NCBI GenBank assembly: GCA_041742255.1 | Contig: JBGSIZ010000197.1 | Coordinates: 1 to 56,777 of the forward strand | Length of the DNA: 56,777 bases | Direction: 5' to 3' | Origin: Marivivens sp. | GTDB taxonomy: Bacteria; Pseudomonadota; Alphaproteobacteria; Rhodobacterales; Rhodobacteraceae | Shown: in pieces, positions 32,904-42,114 of the stretch | How the letters are laid out: the number at the start of each line of letters is the position of its first letter | Position numbering within the stretch: position 1 is the stretch's first letter | Notes under the pieces: generated by a model | Seen by the model: only the letters and a program-made list of their open reading frames with translations | Database searches by the model: none | What the model was told of the DNA's origin: nothing | Translations under genes and position numbers: made by a program

Positions 32904-33152
32904 TCAGTCCTGTGACAGACGTGCTGCGCGTCCGCCGCGCCGCGTGACCGGGGCCGCCTGACGGGTCGGCAATTCGGCCATCACGGTTTGACGCGCCCGT
33001 GGGGTCATGCGCCCCCACGCGCTGATTTCTTCAATCGAGCGTTTGCAGCCGATGCACAGCCGTGTGTCCGGATGGATCACGCAGGTCTTGATGCAGGGGC
33101 TGTCAATCTCGGCCCGTTTCCAGATGTCGTCACTGTGTTCGGGTTTGGTCAC
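32904..33152 (-). CDS. DUF1289 family small Cys-rich protein
   Basis: SPCIKTCVIHPDTRLCIGCKRSIEEISAWGRM is the DUF1289 signature. GTG start overlaps the ruvX TGA (GTGA). Confidence 0.75.
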   Translation of the reverse strand: MTKPEHSDDIWKRAEIDSPCIKTCVIHPDTRLCIGCKRSIEEISAWGRMTPRARQTVMAELPTRQAAPVTRRGGRAARLSQD

Positions 33153-33625
33153 GATGCGCGCCTTATGTGGGTGAGCCGGTCCAGCATTCCCTGAAGGATA
33201 TACCCGGCGGCGACGTGGTCGATCACCTCGGCGCGACGTTTTCGGGACGTATCCGCCTCGAGCAGCGCCCGTTCGGCGGCGACGGTGGACAGCCGTTCAT
33301 CCCAATAGGCGATGGGCAGGGGCGTGAGCCGTTCCAGATTGCGGGCAAAGGCGCGGGTGGATTGCGCGCGCGGGCCTTCGGAGCCGTCCATGTTGAGCGG
33401 CAGGCCCAGCACGATCCCCCGCAAATCCCGACCCGCGATGATCGCCAACAGCGCCGACGCATCAAGCGTGAATTTCTTGCGACGGATGGTTTCGAGCGGT
33501 GTGGCGATGCTGCGGTAGCTGTCCGACACTGCCACCCCGAGCGTCACGGTTCCAAGGTCAAGCCCGCAGACCGCCCCAAAGGGTGGAAGGGCCGCAGCAA
33601 AATCTTCGGCGGTTGTGCAGATCAT
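33149..33625 (-). CDS. ruvX: Holliday junction resolvase-like putative pre-16S rRNA nuclease (YqgF)
   Basis: VCGLDLGTVTLGVAVSD...IVLGLPLNMDGSEGPRAQSTRAFARNL...PIAYWDERLSTVAAER. YqgF/RuvX pattern. Confidence 0.9.
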   Translation of the reverse strand: MICTTAEDFAAALPPFGAVCGLDLGTVTLGVAVSDSYRSIATPLETIRRKKFTLDASALLAIIAGRDLRGIVLGLPLNMDGSEGPRAQSTRAFARNLERLTPLPIAYWDERLSTVAAERALLEADTSRKRRAEVIDHVAAGYILQGMLDRLTHIRRAS

Positions 33626-33635
33626 GGGGTGCGGA

Positions 33636-34853
33636 TCATTGGGTGATCCCGGCCTGACGCGCGGCGTCGTCGATCAATGCCACATCGGCGGGAGAGGCCG
33701 CAAAAACATCCCGCGCTTCGAGCAGGATTTCGGTGGCCCGATCGGTTTCGCCCAAGACCCCGTAGGCCGTGATGAGCCGCGCCCAATCCCCCGCCGATCC
33801 GCCCTCGGACGCCAATCGGTCCGACAATTGCGCCACCATGCCCCGGATCATCGCATCCCGGTCTTCGGGGGCCATGTCGGCGGAATTCGCGATGTCGGCG
33901 GCGGTTGGACCCCGTTCGGGTGGCAGGGTGTAGTCCGCCCCGGCCCGCATCGCCGCATCTTCGATCTGGGCGCGCGCCAGTTGGACGTGGACGGTTCCGA
34001 TGTCCCCGCCTTCGACCACTTGCCGCCAGAGCCGGAAGGCGATGTCGGGCCGGTCCGTTTGCGCATAAAGGAGTCCCAGATAATAAAGCCCCGTCGCGTT
34101 GGTTTCGTCCCGTCCCAGAAGGATGCGGATGACCTGTTCGGCCTCTGGCGACACTTGCCCCAAGGTGGCCGCGACCATGAGGTCGAGGAGATAGCCGTAG
34201 TCATCGGTGGTGGCGGTGTCGGCCTTGAGCCGGATCACCTCGTTCTGGGCGCGGGCGGCGGCGGCGTAGTTTTCAAGGTCGCGTTCCACATTGGCCAGAA
34301 ATTCCCAGCCCTGAAGCTGGTCCGGGTTGGCGGCCACCACCTGTCGCAACTGCGTCACGATGTTTTGTTCTTCGTCCGTCAGCACGATGGGCGGGCGGGG
34401 CAGGGTGGCGGCCTGCGCCTCCATTTCCGATTGGGTGCCCCGGTTTTCCCGCAGCGCGTCCCCGGCCGCGAGCCGCGATTGCAGCGAAATGTCCGGATAG
34501 CCCGGTGCCCCGAGCCGCGCATAAAGCCCGATCCCCCCGCCCGCCACCACGAGAACCGCGAGAAGGGCGAGGATGCGGTTGGCCGTGGCAGACCCGTCCG
34601 AGATCGCGGCCACCCCGGTTTTGTCCGCCAGCAAGAGCCTGCGTGAAATTTCCGTGCGTGTCCGGTCTGCGTCCTGTGGGGCCAGCACCCCGCGCGCAAG
34701 ATCCCGGTCCACCTCGGCCAGTTGGTCCCGGTAGATCCCGAGGGCCTGATCGTCGTTGTCGCCTGCCCCGGCCCCGTCCCGCCGCAGCAGTGGCCCGGCG
34801 AGCATGGCCCCCGTTACGAGCCCGATCAGTGCTGCGATGATCCAGAATGTCAT
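33636..34853 (-). CDS. ccmI: cytochrome c-type biogenesis protein CcmI/CycH
   Basis: N-terminal TM (MTFWIIAALIGLVTGAMLAGPLL), then LGIYRDQLAEVDRDLARGVL...AD..RTEISRRLL, a second TM and C-terminal TPR-like repeats. Typical CycH architecture. Confidence 0.8.
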   Translation of the reverse strand: MTFWIIAALIGLVTGAMLAGPLLRRDGAGAGDNDDQALGIYRDQLAEVDRDLARGVLAPQDADRTRTEISRRLLLADKTGVAAISDGSATANRILALLAVLVVAGGGIGLYARLGAPGYPDISLQSRLAAGDALRENRGTQSEMEAQAATLPRPPIVLTDEEQNIVTQLRQVVAANPDQLQGWEFLANVERDLENYAAAARAQNEVIRLKADTATTDDYGYLLDLMVAATLGQVSPEAEQVIRILLGRDETNATGLYYLGLLYAQTDRPDIAFRLWRQVVEGGDIGTVHVQLARAQIEDAAMRAGADYTLPPERGPTAADIANSADMAPEDRDAMIRGMVAQLSDRLASEGGSAGDWARLITAYGVLGETDRATEILLEARDVFAASPADVALIDDAARQAGITQ

Positions 34854-35066
34854 GGCCCCTGCCCATTGTTTGGTCTGCCTTACCTAACGAGTGCGCGCCC
34901 GCCTGAAAAGGCCCCACCCTGCGGCAGGACGGCGCGCTTGTGACCGCATGTCGCAAGTCGCTATCAATGCGACGCTCTGTGTCGGCTCGACGCGGGGGTT
35001 CAGGTTCAGGTAAAGCCTGCGGAATGGACCGGGGCACGCCCCCCGCTGTCAGGGGTTGGATTGAGC

Positions 35067-36314
35067 ATGAAACGCTATTCAGTATTCGCCGTCGCCCGCG
35101 AGGCCCTGCGCAACCACACCGGATGGGACCGCGCGTGGCGCAGCCCCGAACCCAAGCCCGCCTATGATGCCATTATCGTGGGGGCTGGCGGCCATGGATT
35201 GGCCACCGCGTATTATCTGGGCAAGAACCATGGCATCCGTAACGTTGCAATTCTGGAAAAGGGGTGGCTGGGCGGTGGCAACACAGGCCGCAATACCACC
35301 ATCATCCGATCCAACTACCTGCAGGACCCGTCCGCCGCGATTTATGAAAAGGCCCGAGGGTTGTATGAAACCCTGAGCCAGGATCTGAATTACAACGTCA
35401 TGTTTTCCCCCCGCGGTGTCATGATGCTGGCTCAGACCCAGCATGAGATCCGCGGGTATCAGCGCACCGCCCATGCCAACGCATTACAAGGGGTCGCGAC
35501 CGAGTTCATTTCCCCCGCCCGCGTCAAGGAACTGTGCCCGATCATCAATCTGGCTGGTCCCCGCTATCCCGTTCTGGGTGCCTTGTGGCAGCCCCGTGGC
35601 GGCACCGCCCGGCATGATGCCGTCGCGTGGGGCTATGCCCGCGCCTGTTCCGACATGGGGATGGATATCATCCAGCAGTGCGAGGTGACCGGTATTCGCC
35701 AAGAGGCCGGCCGCGTTGTGGGCGTGGACACCACCAAAGGCCCCATCGCATGCACCAAACTGGGCATGGTTGTGGCCGGTCACACGGGCGTTCTGGCCGA
35801 TATGGCCGGGTTCCGGTTGCCGATCGAGAGCCTGTGTTTGCAAGCCCTTGTGTCCGAGCCGATCAAGCCGTGCATGGATGTGGTCGTCATGGCCAACACC
35901 GTGCATGGCTATATGTCCCAGTCCGACAAGGGCGAAATGGTCATTGGCGGTGGCACCGACGGGTTCAACAACTATACCCAGCGCGGGTCGTTTCATCATA
36001 TCGAGGAAACCGTGCGTGCCTTGAACGAGACGTTCCCGATGATTTCCCGGCTCAAGATGTTGCGCCAGTGGGGCGGTATCGTGGACATGACGGGGGACCG
36101 GTCGCCGATCATCTCGAAAACCCCGCTGGGGAATTGTTTTGTCAATTGCGGTTGGGGCACCGGTGGTTTCAAGGCGATCCCCGGCAGTGGCTGGGCCATG
36201 GCCGAGCTGATGGCCAAGGGCGAGCCCGGCCCCTTGGCGGAGGAGTTCAGCATGTGGCGGTTCCGCGAGGGTAAATTCATCGACGAAAGCGTCGCCGCAG
36301 GGGTCGCGCATTGA
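35067..36314 (+). CDS. soxB: sarcosine oxidase subunit beta
   Basis: MKRYSVFAVAREALRNHTGWDRAWRSPEPKPAYDAIIVGAGGHGLATAYYLGKNHGIRNVAILEKGWLGGGNTGRNTTIIRSNY. The track start at 35061 is TTG; the ATG at 35067 is preferred. Confidence 0.92.
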   Translation: MKRYSVFAVAREALRNHTGWDRAWRSPEPKPAYDAIIVGAGGHGLATAYYLGKNHGIRNVAILEKGWLGGGNTGRNTTIIRSNYLQDPSAAIYEKARGLYETLSQDLNYNVMFSPRGVMMLAQTQHEIRGYQRTAHANALQGVATEFISPARVKELCPIINLAGPRYPVLGALWQPRGGTARHDAVAWGYARACSDMGMDIIQQCEVTGIRQEAGRVVGVDTTKGPIACTKLGMVVAGHTGVLADMAGFRLPIESLCLQALVSEPIKPCMDVVVMANTVHGYMSQSDKGEMVIGGGTDGFNNYTQRGSFHHIEETVRALNETFPMISRLKMLRQWGGIVDMTGDRSPIISKTPLGNCFVNCGWGTGGFKAIPGSGWAMAELMAKGEPGPLAEEFSMWRFREGKFIDESVAAGVAH

Positions 36315-36447
36315 TGTCCGCGCTTTCCCGCCCAGCGGTTGCCGCCATTTTGGCCGGACCCCGCCCAAACCGAGGCGGTGGGACGCGCCGTCTTTCATTC
36401 TGGGGTCACTGTGGTCTGATGGACCCGTCACAGATGGAGGATACCCC

Positions 36448-36696
36448 ATGGCAGATTACACCACAGGACGCGGCGGACGCAGGTCGGCCGGGCTATGGTT
36501 TGCGGCGGGGGCGGTTGCCCTCCTCCTTGCTCTTGTTGTTTTTGCCTTGGGTTGGGCCGGGGGCGGAGCAGAGAACGGCGCGCCACCCGAACCCGCAGCC
36601 CCGGCAGTCGAGTCACCCGCACCGGAACAGCCCCTTGTTGAACCGCCTGCGGTTGAACCACCTGCGGCAAAACAACCGGCCACACCGGGCAATTGA
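36448..36696 (+). CDS. hypothetical membrane-anchored proline-rich protein (82 aa)
   Basis: Strong RBS (atggaggatacccc ATG). One TM (LWFAAGAVALLLALVVFALGW), then a Pro/Glu/Ala-rich tail with a 15-nt tandem duplication (VEPPAVEPPA). Lies inside the sox operon. Confidence 0.45.
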   Translation: MADYTTGRGGRRSAGLWFAAGAVALLLALVVFALGWAGGGAENGAPPEPAAPAVESPAPEQPLVEPPAVEPPAAKQPATPGN

Positions 36697-36731
36697 CGCC
36701 CGGTTTCTGACGTCCACTCACGATGACACGG

Positions 36732-36765
36732 CCAAAGGCGGGTGCAGCGATGTGCCCGCCTTTGG
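36732..36765 (+). terminator. strong hairpin (possible terminator or attenuator) inside the sox operon
   Basis: Perfect 11-bp stem ccaaaggcggg (36732-36742) / cccgcctttgg (36755-36765) with a 12-nt loop, followed by tgtgtgtg (no clean T-run). Confidence 0.4.
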
Positions 36766-36864
36766 TGTGTGTGCGATGGGCGGCTCAGCAACGCAACAAA
36801 ACTCGGAGTTTGTTTCTTTTAAAGCGGAAAGAAATACCCATGTGGTGCCGGTAGGGTCTCATAG

Positions 36865-37428
36865 ATGAAGTTTCCTGATGTTTTCATAGATATTCTAGGT
36901 TGGAGCTGGATATTGCTGTGGCTGGGCCTCTCGACCTTCTTTTTCTGGGTTGGAAATGGAGATTCATTTCAAGCAGTCGGTGTAGTTGGAATATCCGGTG
37001 CAGTTGCATACTATGCCGCGCAACGACATGCGACGCCTAAGCCAATTGGTATGATTGAGAGCCAACTATTGTTGAATAGACGTCTCAATCAAATTTCTGA
37101 TGCGGTCGGTGTTGCCTCGGCCAACATCGCATTGCTAGCAAAGAGTGTTCGAAAGAGCACCCTAGAGCAAGGACAAGAAGTTGATTCGATTGTCGAAAGT
37201 TTGAGTGGCGTAAGACATGAAGTCATTGAAAAATCTTTAGAAGGAACGGCAAGAGAGTTCGACCCATTATTTGAAGGTAATGCGCTTGAACAGCGTTTAA
37301 CTGAATTAATGGTTCAAAAAGCGCGTCGCAATTCTGAACTTTTACAAGCGATAGTTGTCGTGCTGGGAACCTTGCAATCAGGGTTGGGTGGGTCATTTGT
37401 AAACTTGATTGCTAGAGGGACTATTTAA
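36865..37428 (+). CDS. hypothetical low-GC membrane protein (187 aa) inserted between soxB and soxD
   Basis: Two N-terminal TM helices (FIDILGWSWILLWLGLSTFFFWV; AVGVVGISGAVAYYAA), then a helical, coiled-coil-like C-terminal part. Codon usage is strongly A/T-biased relative to every neighbour. The TAA ends 1 nt before the soxD ATG. Confidence 0.55.
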   Translation: MKFPDVFIDILGWSWILLWLGLSTFFFWVGNGDSFQAVGVVGISGAVAYYAAQRHATPKPIGMIESQLLLNRRLNQISDAVGVASANIALLAKSVRKSTLEQGQEVDSIVESLSGVRHEVIEKSLEGTAREFDPLFEGNALEQRLTELMVQKARRNSELLQAIVVVLGTLQSGLGGSFVNLIARGTI

Positions 37429-37429
37429 T

Positions 37430-37759
37430 ATGCTGACCCTGACCTGCCCCTGTTGTGGCGTTTCCGGCGAGGAGACCGAATTTCATGCGGGTGGCGAGGC
37501 CCATCTGAAGCGGTTCGGGCCGGGGTCCGATATTGACGATTTCGAGGGCTACATGTTCATGCGTGAAAACCCCAAAGGCGTTCATTTTGAACGCTGGCGG
37601 CACGTTTACGGGTGCGGCAAGTGGTTTCTGGCCGCCCGCTGCACCGCCACGCTGGAGGTGTTTGGCACCTATCCCGCCCAGACCAGCGAACCCCCGCAGC
37701 ACATCCGCGATGCCATCACCGCAAAACGCCCCGGTTGGGCGTGGAGAGATTTCACATGA
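37430..37759 (+). CDS. soxD: sarcosine oxidase subunit delta
   Basis: ORF 37409..37759 trimmed to the ATG at 37430. MLTLTCPCCGVSGEETEFHAGGEAHLKR...YMFMRENPKGVHFERWRHVYGCGKWF. SoxD zinc-ribbon pattern. Confidence 0.9.
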   Translation: MLTLTCPCCGVSGEETEFHAGGEAHLKRFGPGSDIDDFEGYMFMRENPKGVHFERWRHVYGCGKWFLAARCTATLEVFGTYPAQTSEPPQHIRDAITAKRPGWAWRDFT

Positions 37760-40758
37760 GCACCCGTCTTGCCACTGGTGGCCGCCTGACCAATCGTGCC
37801 CGCCCGGTGGATTTCACGTTCAACGGCAAGCGGTTGAAGGGGTATGACGGCGATACCCTTGCCGCCGCATTGCTGGCCAATGACCAGATGCTGGTGGGCC
37901 GGTCGTTCAAGTATCACCGCCCGCGCGGCGTTGTCGCGTCGGGGGCCGAAGAACCCAACGGGTTGGTCAATCTTGGACGGGGCGGCACGTTTGAACCCAA
38001 TCAACGCATCACCACGACCGAAGTGTTCGACGGGTTGGAGGCCACGAGCCAGAACCATTGGCCCAGTCTGGAGTATGACATCGGGGCCGTGAACGGCCTC
38101 TTGGCCCGGTTCCTGCCTGCCGGATTTTACTACAAGATGTTCATGCACCCGCGCCCGTTGTGGAAGCATGTGTATGAACCGTTCATTCGGCAGTCTGCCG
38201 GTTTGGGCAGGGCCCCCAAGGACCGCGATGCCGATACATACGAACATTTCTACCACTATACCGATGTTCTGGTGATTGGCGGCGGGATTGCGGGGCTTGC
38301 CGCCGCACTTGAGGCCGCCCAGTCCGGGGCCAAGGTGTTGTTGATCGAGCAGGCCCATTGGTGGGGTGGCCGCGCCGTGGTGGACGGTGTCCGCATTGCC
38401 GGAATGGCCGCCGCCGATTGGGTGGATCAGACGCTGATTACATTGCGCGGCATGGCCAATGTGATGGTGCGTGACCGGATGATGGGGGCCGGTGTCTATG
38501 ACCACGGTTATGTTCTGGCCTATGAACGCCTGACCGATCATTTGCCCCGCGCCGTGGGCCCCCGCCACCGGTTGTGGCGCGTCCGCGCCCGTCAGATCAT
38601 CACCGCCACGGGGGCCATTGAGCGCCCGTTATCTTTTGCCGGCAATGACATACCGGGCGTTGTTCTGGCGTCTGCCGTGCGCGATTACGTCGTGAACTGG
38701 GGCGTGTCCGTGGGCGACCGCACCGTGATTGTCACCAACAACGACGACGCCTATCGCACCGCCATTGCATTGAAAACCGCCGGGTTGGAGGTGCCGATGA
38801 TTGTTGACGCCCGCCCCGTAGCAGATGGTCCGTTACCCCAGCAGGCCCGCGCGTTGGGCATCCGCGTGGAACCCGGCAAGGCGATTGCCAAGGTAAAGGG
38901 CGGTGCCCGTGTCACGGGTGTCGCCATCTGTGCCCAAGCCGGGGAAGGTGCCGTGTTGGAGGAGGTCGCGTGCGACTGCATTGCCATGTCGGGCGGATGG
39001 TCCCCTGTGGTCCATTTGTGGTCCCATTGCGGGGGCAAACTGGTGTGGGACGACGCGAAGGCGATGTTCCGCCCTGATGCCGACCACCCCCCGACCGGAG
39101 CCGATGGTGCCCCCATGGTTCGTGTGGCTGGTGTCGCCAATGGGCATATGTCCAGCGCCGCCGTCTTGGTCGATGCCATGACCGCCGGTTTCATCGCCGC
39201 CGGTGGCACGGGTGCCCCCGGTGCCCCGCCGCCCGTCGAGGAGGCCGCCGAGGCCCCGATGGCCCCGGTGTGGATCATGCCCCAAGGGGCCGCCTATGCC
39301 TTGCGGTCCAAGGCGTGGTTGGATTTCCAGAATGACGTCAAGGTGTCCGATGTGCAGTTGGCCGCCCGCGAAGGGTTTGAAAGCGTTGAACATGCCAAAC
39401 GCTATACCACTCTTGGCATGGCAACCGATCAGGGTAAGTTGAGCAATATCAACGGTCTTGCAGTTCTTTCTAATGCATTGCATCAAGAGATACCGCGCAC
39501 TGGCACGACCGCGTTCCGCCCCCCCTATACCCCGATTTCGATGGGGGCGATTGGCGGGGCCGCCCGTGATGACGTGTTCCAGCCCATCCGCAAGACCCCG
39601 ATGCAGGACTGGCACGATGAGAACGGTGCCGATTTTGAACCCGTCGGACAGTGGCGCCGTCCCTATGCCTTTGTCCGTTCGGGCGAAACCGTGCATGACG
39701 CCGTCACCCGCGAGATTTTGAATGTGCGCGGGAATGTTGGCGTTCTGGATGCCTCCACCCTTGGCAAGTTGGTCGTGAAGGGTCCGGATGCCGGACGGTT
39801 TCTGGACATGCTCTATACCGGCGTGATGAGCAGCTTGCCCGTGGGTAAGTGCCGTTATGGTCTGATATGCAGCGAAAACGGGTTTCTGAGCGATGACGGC
39901 GTTGTGGCCCGGATTTCCGAGGATACATGGCTGTGCCACACGACCACAGGGGGCGCTGACCGCATCCATGCGTGGATGGAGGATTGGTTGCAGTGCGAAT
40001 GGTGGGACTGGAAGGTTTACGTGGCCAACGTGACCGAACAGTTCGCCCAGGTCGCTGTGGTTGGCCCAAAGGCCCGTATGGTTCTGGAAACCTTGGGCGG
40101 GATGGATGTGTCCCGCGCCGCGTTGCCGTTCATGCAATGGGCCGATGGCGTGTTGGCCGGGTTTGCCGTGCGGGTGTATCGCATCAGTTTTTCGGGTGAA
40201 TTGTCCTATGAGATTGCGGTGGACGCAGGACAGGGCCGCGCGTTCTGGGATGCCGTGCTGGAGGCCGGAGCCGCGTTGGGGATCATGCCCTATGGCACCG
40301 AAGCCTTGCACGTTTTGCGCGCCGAAAAGGGGTTCATCATGATCGGCGATGAAACCGATGGCACGGTGATCCCACAGGACCTGAACCTTGGTTGGGCGAT
40401 TTCCAAGAAAAAGCCCGATTATCTGGGCAAGCGCGCCCAGGAGCGGTCCCATATGGCCGATCCGAACCGCTGGAAGCTGGTGGGTCTTGAGACGTTGGAT
40501 GGGTCCGTATTGCCCGATGGGGCCTATGCCGTGGGGGACGGCGTGAACGCCAATGGCCAGCGGGTTACGGTGGGGCGCGTGACCTCCACCTATCATTCCC
40601 CGACACTGGGCAAGGGGATCGCCATGGGGCTGGTGCTGCATGGCCCGGACCGAATGGGCGAGGTTTTGCAGTTTCCCAAACTGGATGGCAGCGTGGTGCA
40701 GGCCCGGATTGTCGATCAGGTGTTCTATGACAAGGCGGGGGATAAACAGGATGTCTGA
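37756..40758 (+). CDS. soxA: sarcosine oxidase subunit alpha
   Basis: ORF 37612..40758 trimmed to the ATG at 37756 (ATGA overlap with the soxD stop). FTFNGKRLKGYDGDTLAAALLANDQMLVGRSFKYHRPRG...VLVIGGGIAGLAAA... C-terminal aminomethyltransferase-like (GcvT) domain. Confidence 0.92.
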   Translation: MSTRLATGGRLTNRARPVDFTFNGKRLKGYDGDTLAAALLANDQMLVGRSFKYHRPRGVVASGAEEPNGLVNLGRGGTFEPNQRITTTEVFDGLEATSQNHWPSLEYDIGAVNGLLARFLPAGFYYKMFMHPRPLWKHVYEPFIRQSAGLGRAPKDRDADTYEHFYHYTDVLVIGGGIAGLAAALEAAQSGAKVLLIEQAHWWGGRAVVDGVRIAGMAAADWVDQTLITLRGMANVMVRDRMMGAGVYDHGYVLAYERLTDHLPRAVGPRHRLWRVRARQIITATGAIERPLSFAGNDIPGVVLASAVRDYVVNWGVSVGDRTVIVTNNDDAYRTAIALKTAGLEVPMIVDARPVADGPLPQQARALGIRVEPGKAIAKVKGGARVTGVAICAQAGEGAVLEEVACDCIAMSGGWSPVVHLWSHCGGKLVWDDAKAMFRPDADHPPTGADGAPMVRVAGVANGHMSSAAVLVDAMTAGFIAAGGTGAPGAPPPVEEAAEAPMAPVWIMPQGAAYALRSKAWLDFQNDVKVSDVQLAAREGFESVEHAKRYTTLGMATDQGKLSNINGLAVLSNALHQEIPRTGTTAFRPPYTPISMGAIGGAARDDVFQPIRKTPMQDWHDENGADFEPVGQWRRPYAFVRSGETVHDAVTREILNVRGNVGVLDASTLGKLVVKGPDAGRFLDMLYTGVMSSLPVGKCRYGLICSENGFLSDDGVVARISEDTWLCHTTTGGADRIHAWMEDWLQCEWWDWKVYVANVTEQFAQVAVVGPKARMVLETLGGMDVSRAALPFMQWADGVLAGFAVRVYRISFSGELSYEIAVDAGQGRAFWDAVLEAGAALGIMPYGTEALHVLRAEKGFIMIGDETDGTVIPQDLNLGWAISKKKPDYLGKRAQERSHMADPNRWKLVGLETLDGSVLPDGAYAVGDGVNANGQRVTVGRVTSTYHSPTLGKGIAMGLVLHGPDRMGEVLQFPKLDGSVVQARIVDQVFYDKAGDKQDV

Positions 40759-41308
40759 GGCAGTGAGCGCGCTGGGCGGCCGGGCCGCGGCCGGGGTTGT
40801 CACGATCCGCGATGCCGGGTTGCAGGGGATGGTGACCTTGCGCGGTGATCTGACCGATCCCAAGCTGAAGGCCGTTGTGAAAAAGGTGACGGGTGTGCCG
40901 ATGCCCGAAACCCGCCGCGCGGTTGTCATGCAGGGGCAGGGGGCCGCGTGGATGTCGCCCGACGAAGTGCTGTTGCTGGTCCCCTATGCGCAAGCGGGTG
41001 CTGTGGTGGCCACGATAGAGACCGCGTTGGCGGGCAGTCACTTCATGGCTGTGAACGTGTCTGATGCCCGCGCGTTTCTGACCGTGTCCGGCAGTTATGC
41101 CGCCGATGTCATGGCCAAGAACGCCCCGGTGGATTTTGACACCTTTGGCCCCGGCGATTTTCGCCGCAGCCGGTTAGGGCAGGTGGCCGCTGCGTTCTGG
41201 ATGGACGATGCCCAGACCTATCACGTCATCTGTTTCCGGTCCGTCGCCGATTATGTGTTTGATCTGTTGCGGATTTCCGCCGAAGCGGGGCCAGTGCGCC
41301 ACACCTGA
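40751..41308 (+). CDS. soxG: sarcosine oxidase subunit gamma
   Basis: ORF 40640..41308 trimmed to the ATG at 40751, which overlaps the soxA stop by 8 nt. Size (185 aa), position and the ...GMVTLRGDL...WMSPDEVLLL... pattern fit SoxG. Confidence 0.82.
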   Translation: MSEAVSALGGRAAAGVVTIRDAGLQGMVTLRGDLTDPKLKAVVKKVTGVPMPETRRAVVMQGQGAAWMSPDEVLLLVPYAQAGAVVATIETALAGSHFMAVNVSDARAFLTVSGSYAADVMAKNAPVDFDTFGPGDFRRSRLGQVAAAFWMDDAQTYHVICFRSVADYVFDLLRISAEAGPVRHT

Positions 41309-41310
41309 GG

Positions 41311-42114
41311 TCAGGCGGCCAGATCCCGCGCCGGTTTGCACTGTGACACCCAATCGGTGTCCGTGGCATAGCCCAGTTTGATGAGCGCCGCGCCGTAGCG
41401 GTCTGCGTAAACCTCGGCCACCTCACGCGGGAGTTTGGTGATCCATTGCGCCGATGCCCCGGAGGTAACGTGTGCCGCGACCCGTTCGGCCCGATTGTCG
41501 GTTTGTTTCAGCCCGCCAAACAGCGAATTGTCCCAATACGCCTGCACGGCGCGGTCGATATCCAAACCGTCAATCGCGAACCGGGTCAGGACGTCCCGGA
41601 ACAGCGCGCAATTGGTGTCGTCGATCAAGGCTTCGTAGGTCAGGTCAATCGCGTTGGGGTGGCCATAGGGCCATGCCAGCATTTCGCGCAGCGTGTCAGC
41701 GTGTTTATGCTCCATCTCGAACAACAGGCGGGCGACGTCGCCGTCGATGCTGTTGAGGTGGTCCTGATAGTTCTTGCCGCCCCAGTCATCCCGTTTTTCC
41801 CGCAGGAATTTTTCATTCCCCAACGGCGCAATCAGGTGGTAGCGCATCCCCGACAACAGCACATCGCGCGGGTCGCGGATGATGTGCAGGAACCGCGCGT
41901 GGAGCATATCCAGCAGTTGTTTGGGGAAACTGGACGACCAGTTGACGATGATTTGCGGCCCTGTTGCTGCTGCCTCGGCCAGTTTTTGTGCCCGGTAACA
42001 TTGCATGAAGGGCAGCGATTGATCGTCCTTGATCTGTCGGAACACCTTGCGCATCCAGACCGTGCCCGTCTTGTGGTGGGTGCCGATGCACAGGAAACGC
42101 GCCGGGGTCATCAT
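41311..42114 (-). CDS. sulfotransferase family protein
   Basis: 5'-PSB-like loop CIGTHHKTGTVWM and 3'-PB-like FLHIIRDPRDVLLSGMRYH, typical of PAPS-dependent sulfotransferases. Confidence 0.75.
   Translation of the reverse strand: MMTPARFLCIGTHHKTGTVWMRKVFRQIKDDQSLPFMQCYRAQKLAEAAATGPQIIVNWSSSFPKQLLDMLHARFLHIIRDPRDVLLSGMRYHLIAPLGNEKFLREKRDDWGGKNYQDHLNSIDGDVARLLFEMEHKHADTLREMLAWPYGHPNAIDLTYEALIDDTNCALFRDVLTRFAIDGLDIDRAVQAYWDNSLFGGLKQTDNRAERVAAHVTSGASAQWITKLPREVAEVYADRYGAALIKLGYATDTDWVSQCKPARDLAA

Noticed and set aside
36637-36666. 15-nt tandem duplication (gttgaaccgcctgcg x2), and the CCCGAA/CCGGAA repeat at 46410-46443
   Set aside because: Both are in-frame low-complexity coding repeats (VEPPA x2 and the PEPEPEPEP linker), not independent repeat elements.
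38833-40929. 698-aa minus-strand ORF antisense to soxA (with similar cases at 37669-38568, 35484-36449, 49865-51265, 21229-22557, 14574-15488 and 1505-2860)
   Set aside because: All overlap well-supported genes on the opposite strand or in another frame. Their composition is junk-like (runs of R, G, P, H). This is expected in high-GC DNA, where stop codons are rare.
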